The translations under genes and the position numbers were made by a program. A stretch of DNA of 64,000 nt, filler included, from Piptocephalis cylindrospora (Eukaryota): NCBI GenBank assembly GCA_003614145.1. It is 4 parts of 4 records of this genome, joined end to end, with 100 filler letters (N's around TTAATTAATTAA, not from the genome) between each part and the next. Parts side by side here need not be neighbours in the genome. Positions count along the whole stretch, not along the records: positions 34,558 to 51,595 come from KZ987862.1; positions 51,696 to 64,000 come from KZ987973.1; 2 more parts are not named here. The stretch is one strand, 5' to 3'. The notes below the pieces were generated by a model. That model made no database searches. It was given only the letters and a program-made list of their open reading frames with translations, and was not told the DNA's origin. The stretch's first letter is position 1. Every line of letters begins with the position of its first letter. Of the stretch, positions 46,301-57,336 are shown in pieces.

Positions 46301-49300
46301 TCCTTCTTTTCCTCGTAGGGCCTGGGAATGGCTTCCAGAAAGCCTCCTTGAACTCTTGTTCTTGACTCTTTTTTGATCCATACCTCCTGGTGGAGGAGGT
46401 GGAGGAGGAAGGTGCTGCTTGGCTTTTTCTAACGCAAGGTCCCGACGGGCCATTTGGACCTGACTAGTCAGATGAGATACAGAATTTTCCCTTTCCTTGG
46501 ATAAAGCCATCTCTTGTTCGTATAGACGTTCCAAAGATGAAACTCTTCCTCGAAGGGAATGAACTTCAGCCTCTTTGAGAGCCAATTCCTCGTACATTGA
46601 GGTGACACCTCCGCTGTACCAGCTGGTCTGCCTTCTCCCCACCACCCCTTCCCCAGTGTCCAGGAGGGAGGAACGGTTAGAGGGGGAACCCCCACCTTCC
46701 TCCCCCCTACCAGTCTCTCCCTTGGGCTTGCATTCTTCTAGCACAGCATCCATACTTTGCTGGAAGCGAGCGCATACAATTTCTAGTGCTCTTTGAAGGT
46801 ATGCAACTTCCTTTGCTCTTTCCTCAGCTAACTGGGCCACTTGAGAATTCTAAAAGTAGATAAGGAGGATGAGCTATATAGCCTCCTTGATATTGACAAG
46901 CAACCACATAATAAAGAGAGGAGAACTTACTCTTTCTCGCACCTCACCCAGCTCATCCATGAGGGCAGACCACTTGGTGTCCACTACCATGCCACTGGAG
47001 CCTTCACAAGCAGGCTTGGGCCCTGTGTCTTCCCTCTTTCCTCCTTCCTCATCATACTGCCCCTTTTCCATCCATTGGAAGGGCTCAGAGCCGGAAGTCA
47101 GGATCTTGGGAGAAAGATGCTCACCATGTTTTAGAGATATCTTCTCCAATTCCTTGGAGAGAATTTCCACCTGTCTCTCTCTCTGGACCAACCTCTGGAC
47201 AACTCCACTTAACCTTTCCCTCTCCATGGTGGGAACACCTCGTTTCTTTAGCTTCTTTAACTCCTTCTCCAAAGCTGCCTTGTCTTCCTGTAACTTTGAC
47301 CATTCCGTGGGATTCTCTAACCTTTGTTGCTTACCCACTAACGGCTCGACAGACGTGAGAAACCCTGTCCAAACTCTTGGCCAAGCTAAAGGAGCATAGA
47401 GAATAGTTACGGGTTGATAGTTAGGAAAGGGTGTCAGGGAAGGTTGAAAATTTCGTGCGCTTTCCTTATGAGCTCAAACAAGTCAATGATAATTCCCTCA
47501 TCCCATTCAATTCACTTACCATCCTCAATGGGAATGGTGGGGGCTAGTGTAAGACTTTGGGCAAAGCGTTCCACAAGTTCCAACCGGGCTTTATCCACCA
47601 TCTTATCTCGGTCTTCATTAGCCGATGATTCCCCTTCCTGGGAAAAGGAGGATGAAGGATCTGTAGATTGGATGGCTACGGCCTGAACAATACGATGAAG
47701 GACTTTACCCATGGCCTGATAGGTATCGACCGTTGAGCCTTCCACCTCACGAGCATCACCTATTCCTCGAAACTTGCGCAACTCCTGGGACACTTGATAC
47801 ATGGGATCTCCTTGGACTAAACGGCGGTCGGCGAGCTCTCGTTTATCCTCTTGAACTCCTTCCACCCAAACCCCAATTTGCTTTCCAATAATCCCGCCTC
47901 CCTCTTCCCCCTGATCCGAATCGCCTGTGGTACCCCCCAGATCAGCTTGAGCACGTAGCTTGGCCTTGGCCAGGGCAATAACCTCGGCCATACCCCGACG
48001 AACTAATTCCTCCCGGAGGGCTACACGGTCATCCAAGGATTCATGCCCATCGACCAAGGAGTTTACCAGGGTAAGTCCCGCACCCACCCACTCCTCATAC
48101 CCCTCCCCCTCCTCCTCTCCACCCTCGCGATCCATGCCTTGGCCAGCACCACCAAGACACTCGACAAGGTAAGTAAAGCGAAAGGCTTCTTCGTGGACGA
48201 CACCAAAGTCTGAGAGGGCAGAGAGGACCAGACTGTGACCATTGGAGGAGAGGACACAGAGGGCAGCAAGAACCTCGGCTACTAATGCACGTAGACGATT
48301 GTATGGAGTATAAAGGGAGTAGGCAATGTAGGTGACGAGCGCGGGTAGAGTAACAACTGAGGAAAAGCCACTGTCGGTGTTAAGGAGTACACGAAGGCAT
48401 CTGACGGCCTCGAGCTGAGCATCATCCATGAGCTCTCCAGCGGATGCTCCCGCTTCTTCTCCCCACAACATATCCGACCTTCCTAGGGATCCAGCGCTCC
48501 GACGACACGTGACCAGGCGTTCCAAAATGGTCTTTAGAGCTTCAAGACCCTGTGCATCCTCGATAAACTCTTGAATCCAGCTGATGCGCGCGGTAGATAG
48601 GGCAACTCGCAGACCTCGAAGGGTCTCTATTAATGCTTTCCCTTGAGCCGACTTGGGGGAGAGCAAGCGTTCCGTGTAGGCTTGAGGGCTATTGGGATGC
48701 ATGGACTGGCCTGTATGACCTGGATCAGGGCCTGAGGAGAGTGACCCAAACCAAGATCCGAGGAAGCTTGCCACTCCCTGAGCAGGGTTTCCACCCATGG
48801 TGGACCCATAAGAAGTGGAAGCGGAGGTGAGAATACTTGCATGGGTAGAAGTACTGTTACTTCGTAGAGTCGGAGGATAGGCTCCAGGCATTTGGTACAT
48901 GCTGGATCTGGAGATGGAGGATGGAGGGGAAGTGGCAGGACTGGAATAGGAAGAGGGACCTCCCGTCAACCCATCCAGAGGAGGGTTTGATGTGCTGGTG
49001 GCAAGGCTAGAGAACATGCCTGGGCCAAAGTCCTTGGTCATACTAAATCTCTTTACAAGATTAGTAGGAGAGAGCCAGGAAGCTGCCCCGGCGTCCGCTG
49101 CTGAGTTTGTACCCCCTGGGGAAGTAGGATTGGATTTACCGGACCGGATAGTCTCTTCGCCCTGGGCTTCAAAATGGAGCAAGGTACGTTTTTGTTCTAC
49201 ACTCAGCCTGCACATCCTTTCCCAGGCATCACCGCCTTGAGGAATTCCCCTTTCATGCATGAACCGAGTAAAGGCTTCATCGAGGTCAGGGCCATCTAGG

Positions 49301-50539
49301 TCAACGTTCTGACCTGGAGGGTCATTTGATAGTGTCATGCCGGCCAAAGAGGTCCCAGGGCCAATGCTGGCACGGGCATTAAGGCCAAGAGGGGTGACTC
49401 GTAGTGGAGAAGAGGTGGCGGCGGGTAGGATGGATGAAACGCCGCCGGGTCCAAGCTCACTTCCCTCCCCGCTAGATATCCAGGAAGAAAGAGCTCCCGA
49501 AATGAGGCTGAGACGATGACCCTTTGTGGGGGAAGTAGCGCCTGAGGCACGGTTCTGCCCTTCTTGATGCTGCTTTTGCTGCAATTGAGCGAATCTCTCT
49601 GGATCAATAGAAAAGCGGGAAGGGGCTACCTTTGGCTCTGATCGAGTCCTCACTACCTCATCAGTGCCTGGATCATCAGCATATCTCGAAGGGTCCAAAT
49701 CCGGGTAGGAGGAGAGGGATTTGGGGAGTGTGAGGCGGATGGAGAACCGATTAGAAAACGTGCCCGATTGACTGTCCGGGACATGGAGGAGAATGGCATG
49801 CCGGATCCCCCTGTCTGCTTGGTAGGCCATCCACACCTTCTGATCATCAGGAAGCTTTATTATGGTTTCTATGTAAAGGACCATTGAGATTAATTAGCTT
49901 GATATATATAAAAGGAAGTGTGGAGAAATGAGCAGAATAAGTATTGCAAGCCACCTACCGCCTTCCGAAGCATCTTGCAAAATATGGGATAGGGTATAGA
50001 GATAAGGGGAACCGTACTCATCCAGCCTTGGAAGAGATAGGGTCTCGTGTAGGAAAGAGAGAAGAGACTTGGCATCAGCAGTCTGTGTGATAGGAAGAAG
50101 TAGGAGATGACCTTCCGGGACGATTGGGACCGAACGGAAGAGAAGAGGGATGAATAGGGAGGAGGGTCCACATTGAATCTTGGTGGTTGAGTCCTGGATC
50201 AATGAAAGGACATTCTCGTTATCATCCAGCCATCCGTGACCTAAAGAGAACCAGCGGATAGCTCAGTGTCAGTAAGAATTCTTGCGGCCGTTCAGGTAAG
50301 GGAAGGTGAGACGAGTACTTACGGTAATCGAGTAGATGCAAGCTTTCTTCCTCCATGACACCATTGAGGGGATTGACCTGAGGCCTCTTACGAACCTTCC
50401 ATTCATCCGCAGATTCGGGATCCTGGAGCTCAGCGAGAACTTCACGGACTAGGTCTTTGGCGGTAGCATCCTCATCCAGGAAGATAGTGAGGGACCTTCC
50501 ATCAACCAGCTCACATTCCACAATCTCTTGCTTTCCCAT
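43344..50539 (-). CDS. Diaphanous-type formin (GBD/FH3, coiled coil, FH1, FH2, DAD), multi-exon
   Basis: LRVALSTARISWIQEF and EAVRCLRVLLNT (GBD/FH3); poly-Pro FH1; PLKHFAWKKL, LLDFTRANNV and FFGED (FH2); GDFDDAIRELRSG plus basic tail (DAD). Confidence 0.92.
45880..46410 (-). repeat. FH1 poly-proline coding repeats including a duplicated VAKSTGPPPPPPPPPP block
   Basis: (CCN)n tracts; visible in the translation. Confidence 0.9.
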
Positions 50540-51595
50540 CACAATGTACGTTTGGTGTTGTCACTTGAGGTCAGAAGGAATGGGAGAGGTTTAACCTGAT
50601 TAATTGGGGGAGACCCACACACCGAAGATGCAAGGGGATCGTAAGACAAGAGAGCTGTCCTTCCAGATGGGGATGATTATGCTCAGAGAGGCGAAAGGAT
50701 GGGACTGGGACCACGAGGAGTAGGTGAAGTATACAAAGACTTAAGATCAAGGACTGTCAGTTGATGTGAGCAGGGAGGGGCCAGAACAGGAAGGGATAGT
50801 GATGGATCAGGGCCGTGAGAAAGCCGAGGAGGAAGTTTGATGCTTTCTTGGAAAGTTGATGAAGCCTACGGGAATGAGAAGAAGCACTAGACAATGGAGA
50901 AGGGCGGTAAAGGGAAAGGGAAAGAAAACTTGCTATAAAGTGTCGAAACCTTGAAAGGGTAAGCAGGATGATGATTATCAGGGAGGGGTAAGGCGCGAGC
51001 TCATCGGAGATGATGCGATGATAGACCCCATTCAGGCGAGCTGGGTGGGAAGAGGAGCATCTCCGACCAAGGTCTCGTGGTCTATCGGAGGAGGAGCAGG
51101 GTCCCTCTCCCCTGGAGGATGGTTCGGCGGTGTCGACCACTGCGTTATTCGGCGATGGCATGACTAGCTGCGAGGTACGTGGTTCGATTCTCAGAATTGG
51201 CGCAACATCTGCCCTCTCCATCATGCATTGTCTTACAAAAGCTCATCCAGATATGATGATGAAATCGTTATATTTTCCCCTTCGGTGGGGCGGGCTAAAT
51301 GGGCATCCGAACACAATACCTGCCTCAATGGCCGGCAAGTGCGGTACCAGGGACTAGATCCCTAACGAAGCCCTGGTGCTATTCATTAAGATTAGTAGTA
51401 GTAAATAGCGAAGTGTACTGGGGAAAATTACAATCTTCCCCTTTGTCTTCACAGATTCATCTCAAAAAGATTCCGAACCTTTCCTCGCAATATCGTTGCT
51501 TCTTCCATGGATCTTCCAGTATCTCCAATCTTCTCCTAATCCCCCCCGTCTCTCCATCGTTCCTCTTTCAATGCCCGTCCTCCTTGTGGTCCTCA

Positions 51596-51695
51596 NNNNN
51601 NNNNNNNNNNNNNNNNNNNNNNNNNNNNNNNNNNNNNNNTTAATTAATTAANNNNNNNNNNNNNNNNNNNNNNNNNNNNNNNNNNNNNNNNNNNN
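51596..51695. other. Artificial contig linker 44N-TTAATTAATTAA-44N
   Basis: Same structure as the other linkers. Confidence 0.97.
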
Positions 51696-53138
51696 GGGGC
51701 GAGGACCCGGGGGGGGGGCGAGGGGGGGGGCGGGGGGGGGTGGGCGAGGTGGAGGAGGTCCTATTCAGGCCTTAAAGCTCCTCTGCCCCCCCCACCCTAC
51801 TGCCGCCGCCCTCGACATCTTCCTTGAACTTTCCTTGGGGCACCGGGGTTTCCAACATTGGTGTGGACATGATAGGTTTGTGTGAGCTTAGTAAGGGGAG
51901 GGGGAGAGGAACGTTGGGGCGGTATGGGGAAGGAAGCAAAAAAAGAAAAAAGAAGAAGAGGAAGAACGAAGGAGGGTGGTCAGTGAGAAGAGGAGAAGAG
52001 AGGACGAGGGGGGAAGGAGGGAAGAAAGAGGGAAGAGGTAGGGCAAGGCCTGTGTCAAAGGGGAGGAGGGAGGAGATGGGGAGCGACAATACAGTGTGCA
52101 GGGTAGGCAGGTCAAAGGTGTACACATCAAGTTGGCGTGAGCTGGCCCTGGTCCAACTGGCTGCTCCCGCTGCATCTCCTCCACATTGGCGGGTTTGATT
52201 GTGCAGGGAGGGAGGGAGAGAGAGGGGTGGGGGATATGGGGAAACGTCGCTAATTAAGGCATGCTGAATACGCGGCCACGATGGCAGTAAGGATTGAGGA
52301 GGAGGAAGTGCAATGTTGAGCCCTTCCCCCTAGAGAATGGGAAGAGGGGGTATGTCTTATTGTAACACAATGTCTCTCCACCTGCTGCAAAGCCAATTAT
52401 ATTCAGTGCATAGAAGATGGACCTCCTGGTTTTGTAATTTCTACCTCCTTTGAGGAGAAAAGGAATAGTGCACAGGCGCTGGATCTCCTTTCCACCGATG
52501 AACCAAAATACTTGGGAATGAATAGGCAGAATACGACTATGGAGACGACTCAGAGGATAGTATCATATATATTCATTTACGGATACTTCACCACCTTATC
52601 GTCATAGTGTACGGAGCTTTAGTCTGTGTGCCCCATTCATGCATGGGAGGGGTTGATTCCCAGAGGTGTTGGGACAGACTAGATGCGGGGACTCAATTTC
52701 ACTCGCCTTCCCCCCAGCAGTCTCTCCACTACCTCACCACCTATACACACTTCATACTACTGCTGCTACCACATATGACTACTCAGGATCTCCCACACAC
52801 GCACATACGCACATACACACATAGATACAAGAGAAGAAAGGGAGTTGACCCTGCATATCCTGCATGAGACATCCACCTATGCATATAGAGTAGGGAAGTA
52901 GAAGGATTACAGATCCCCTCTCTCTCTCTCTCTCTCTCTCTCCCTTTCTCTCTCCCTTCATACGCAATTCCCATGCATATTGTCTCCTATCTCTCCTTGA
53001 CAAAACGATACATCGAGGGGATGGGATGGAAAAAATAGGGTCAATCTTATCATGCACCCATCACCCCTCTCTCTCTCTCCTTTTCTCTCTTACTCTTCTC
53101 ATCCCATCCCCCTCTCCATTCCTCCCATTGCATATCTT

Positions 53139-55382
53139 CTACTCAGTCGCCTGCTGGGTGAACAGAGGGTACTCTGCCCGAATGTCCGACCATTCCTTCT
53201 CCCCACGGACAAGAGACCCAAGGATCTTCACCACCTCCTCAACTGATTCCCGAACCTGTTCAGTAGAGTCACGTTCACGAAGAGTCACCGTCCGGTCCTT
53301 GACAGACTGGAAGTCCACCGTAACAGCGAGAGATGTACCTAGCTCATCATTCCGGGCATACGCCTTTCCGACACTGGCGGAGGAGGTATCCACCTTGGCG
53401 GGAATCCCGGAGGACCGAAGGAGGGACGCCATCTCCTGGACAAGGGGAGTAAAGGACGAGTGATTAGACAGAGGCTGAACCAGGCACTTGACTGGGGCTA
53501 CGGCAATGGGGAAGGAAAGAACCCCACGGGCCTCGGATCCAGCACGAACCCACCAGGCGTGCTCCAAAAGCGCATAGAGGATCCGACCAATGCCAAAGGA
53601 CGGCTCAATCACATTGGGCGTGTACTCCCGTACATGCTCTGTCACCGTGATACGCTTCACCTCCACCATCTCCTTATCCACCTTGTATCCTTGGCCATCC
53701 GTCCCCTTCACCTCCACCCCATCGGCCTGGTCCAGAGCCTTCCTAAGGCTCTCCAGTTCGGCCTCGGACATTGCCATGAGCGCATCCTCTACCACCTTGG
53801 CCGATTTCTTCAATCGAGGCCCAAACACCTTTTTGTTCACCTCGACCACTGTCCGGTCCGTCACCCGGGGCTCAGGAAGCGCTTCCCTCACCACCAACTT
53901 CTCCTTGGTCTTGGCCGCGTGCACCGTCAGGTCGTACGCACTGCGGTCCGCGCATCCAACACATTCGATCCATCCGTAGGACGTGTGGATCTCAGCGTCC
54001 CAGCAATCACACGCGTAATGAGCCATCTCATTCTTCATATGCTGCCTAAATCGGAGGCGGGAGCCGTTAATCCCGATCTTGATCAGGAATTGGTGGATTC
54101 TGGCGAGGAAGTATCCGAGAGTTTCATTATCCACGATACCCTAATGATAGATGTGAACGAAGGCATGGATAGATGAGCGAGAGAAGGATGAATACAGAAA
54201 AAAGTAAAAGAGATGCGCACCTGATCCACAGCCTCCCCAATGCTCATCTCAGTCACTTCAGTCTTGCCCCCAAGTTGCACCGAGGCAGGAAGGAGGCGAA
54301 GGGTGGTATCACGGACACGAGCAAATCCGGGATGGGTCTTGTTGTCCGGATCCACAAAGTGCTCAATCTCAGCCATCGTGAATTCACTGGCAGGGATAAA
54401 GAGATTCAGTCAGTGGATACATCAAATCATCCCATCCCATCCCATCTTGCCCTTACCGAACACGTAATAATCCGGATCGAGGGGAAATTTCATTCCGGAA
54501 GGACTTGCCAATCTGGGCAGAGGCAAAAGGCATACGATCGTTGTTGAACTCGAGGAGACGCTTAAAGTTCAGGAACTGACCCTGGGCCGTCTCGGGCCGA
54601 AGATAACCCTTGAGGTGCCCGGTGGGCCCGATGCTCGATTCGAACATGAGGTTGAACTCCACGGGCGGGGACACATCATTTCCGGTCTCAGGAGCCTTGA
54701 TCCCGTACTTTTGGATGATTTCCCCGAGTTCGCTCCCACTGTAGTTGTCAATCTGAGCCAGGGTCGAGGAGTACTCGGCCTTGACGGCATCGTCCAACTT
54801 GACGGCCACCACCTTACCCTTCTTCTTCTTCTTCTTGGCCTTGCTATCATCCTCCTTGACTTGGGTCTCAGCACTGACGGACGTCGTGCCCGACTCAGCA
54901 TCCCGAGCCTGCTGATCTCCGATAAGACGAGCCTCAAGAACAGCCTCAACCAGATGGTCCGCCCGGAAGATATCCCCGGTCTTCAGGTCCTTGCACATCC
55001 AATCGGCGAACTTTTCCACGTGTCCAGATGTACGAAGGACCTCGGCAGGGGTCATAATCGTGCAGTCCAGCTCAAGCATATCCTCCTCCAGCACAAAGTG
55101 CTGCCTCCACTGCGAGATGATATTGGTCTGGAGAGCCGTGCCTGGGGGACCATAATCATACAGACCAGCAACGCCCCCGTACAGGGAAAAGGCCGGGGCG
55201 TAGAAGAAGCGCTTGGTCAGTGTCTGTTCCAGGGTAGAGCGGTCAAACGGCTGCGCAGACCGGTCCTTGGACGCGGGAGCCGACGTGGAGGTGACAGAGG
55301 AGGCCATGGTTCGAAGGGAGGGGAGCCTAGTGAGAGGGGAAGTTCGGATGATTCGGGGGACAATACGAGGGATGATGTGCAT
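53139..55382 (-). CDS. GRS1: Glycyl-tRNA synthetase (class II, alpha2 type), 3 exons, two in-frame ATGs (55382 and 55307)
   Basis: [55 protein letters not shown] and the anticodon-binding domain YARNDELG. Confidence 0.97.
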
Positions 55383-55943
55383 GCGCACACTGTGCTACGA
55401 GAAGGGAGGAGGAAAGGGAGGGGGGAAGAGAGTAGGATGTGTGGGCGAGTCAGTATGCCTGTCGATGGGGCGCGGCTACTTTATACCTGGTGTGCCATGG
55501 TGTGGAACGCGCGGGGCTTGGACTGAAGGATGCCGTCTCCCTGTTTCTCTCTCTATGTGTGTATAGGTATGAGATTCATCCCTCTTCTCACCAGAATGCC
55601 CCTAGTGGTGGTTCTGGACACGTCTAAGCGCGAGATGCTATTATTATGAAGCGCGTATAGACACATGTATTCCTTCCTTCCCTCGCTTGTTCTTTATTAT
55701 GCAATGATAATTCAACCTTCTTGGCGATGGTAAAAAAAAGCCATTCTGCATATACGAGACACACACAACACATAGACCAGCAAGGAAATGCTTGTTGTAA
55801 ATGACAGAGAAAGGACAAAAAATGACTAGCGAAAAGGATCCCAAGCCCCCATCGTCCTTGCTTCGGCCACACGCAACAGCCTTATCCTCACCGCATCCCG
55901 AGGAAAGGGCAGCGGGAAAGAGAAATAGAGGTCAAATCACTCC

Positions 55944-56387
55944 TTAGTGGGACTTGAAGTACTCAAGGAGGACGTTCATGGCCTCGGACTCCTCACCAAA
56001 GTCCTTGACGACGACGCAGGAGCAGCCGACGACCTTGCGGGCATTACCCTCACGGTCGATCTTGCAGAGACCGGCCCACTCACCGAGCTTCTTGGCATCA
56101 CCAACCTTGATGAGGTTGATGTTGTGCTCGGCGCAAAGGGCCTCAACGAGCTTGACGTAGGCCTCCTCAGTGCAGGTCTCAACGAGGACGCAAAGGTGGG
56201 CCTGACGCCGGTCAAGAGCCTTGGCGCACTCACGGATACCGCGAGCGAGACCGTCGTGGACAAGGGCGCGCTTCAGGACGTCCTGGAGAGCCTCCTCAAC
56301 GGACATCTGTCCGCGGGGGGCGGCGTCAGCGGCGACCTCGACGACCTCGGGGGCGGCGGTGTTAGTGGCTTCATTTCCGTCAGACAT
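55944..56387 (-). CDS. RPS12: 40S ribosomal protein S12 (eS12)
   Basis: [46 protein letters not shown]; strong codon bias. Confidence 0.98.
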   Translation of the reverse strand: MSDGNEATNTAAPEVVEVAADAAPRGQMSVEEALQDVLKRALVHDGLARGIRECAKALDRRQAHLCVLVETCTEEAYVKLVEALCAEHNINLIKVGDAKKLGEWAGLCKIDREGNARKVVGCSCVVVKDFGEESEAMNVLLEYFKSH

Positions 56388-57336
56388 GATGAAAGATGGG
56401 GGATCTGAGTTTTGTCGACGTCTTCACTGTTGGAGGGAGGAACAAGCGTGAGTGAGAGGTGGCCACCATAGTCGTCATCTCGCGTCCAGAGATGGACTCA
56501 TCCCCCTTCCTCCCCTTCCCTCCCTTCATTCATCCATCCATCCTTCCCCCCTCCCCCCTCCCTATGGCCCATTCCATCCTCGCAACCCCACGAACCAAGG
56601 AAACGTACATGAGTGCTGGAGAAAATGGTTATCACCGGATGGATGGATGGATCCAAAAAAAGAAGCGTGTGGTTGCTCGGTATGGGTGAAGAAGGGGAAG
56701 GGGACTGGGAGTGGGGGGGAGGGTCTGGGCCACTGTGCACCCCTACTGTGTTGTCCGTGTGCGCTCCTGCCTGCTGCTGGTGCATAGGGGGCAAGAAGTC
56801 TGTGTGAGGGATGGCTACTCCCAGGCTGCCTGTGTAAAACAAGTACGTGAAATCGAAATAAATCCATGCAGTTCTAATTTACACGCCTTGCGCCTAGTAC
56901 CATGTCCATGATTTCGACCATACTGTTTATCGTTATCATTCATGATTAGCCTTACATTGCTCTAAATACCTTTCCCAAGGATAACTTACCATATCACATG
57001 ATGAGGATTGATGGTAGTTAAAGCAGAGAAGCTAGAATATTTCGTTAATCTCAAAATAATATTTTCGTCGTTTTAGATACAAAAATAGATCAAATCGGTG
57101 TTATTGTTAGCATCGTTTGATTCAAAAATGCTTAACCTCCTTCACTGGTATACTTATCTTATCATCGTTATAACAAAGTAAAAAATGATAGAAAATCATA
57201 AGATGTCAAAGGTATATAAAATGACCATGGAGGATTGAAAGACATATGGACAGAGTGAGGGGAGGGAAAAAAAGGGGAATGACACAAAGGAAACAAAAAT
57301 GAAACACGTCATCATCATCGCCACCACTACCATCAC

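Noticed and set aside
50757..51224. 155-aa ORF upstream of the formin
   Set aside because: No recognisable domain; could be formin leader sequence or noise
51696..52200. Gene start MSTPMLETPVPQGKFKED on the minus strand near 51870
   Set aside because: Stops after about 32 codons in low-quality G/C-run sequence at a contig end; cannot be supported
55947..56408. Long antisense ORFs over RPS12 (also over GRS1 at 54615-55526 and CDC37 at 3759-4529)
   Set aside because: Expected shadow of strong codon bias in the sense genes; no independent protein features
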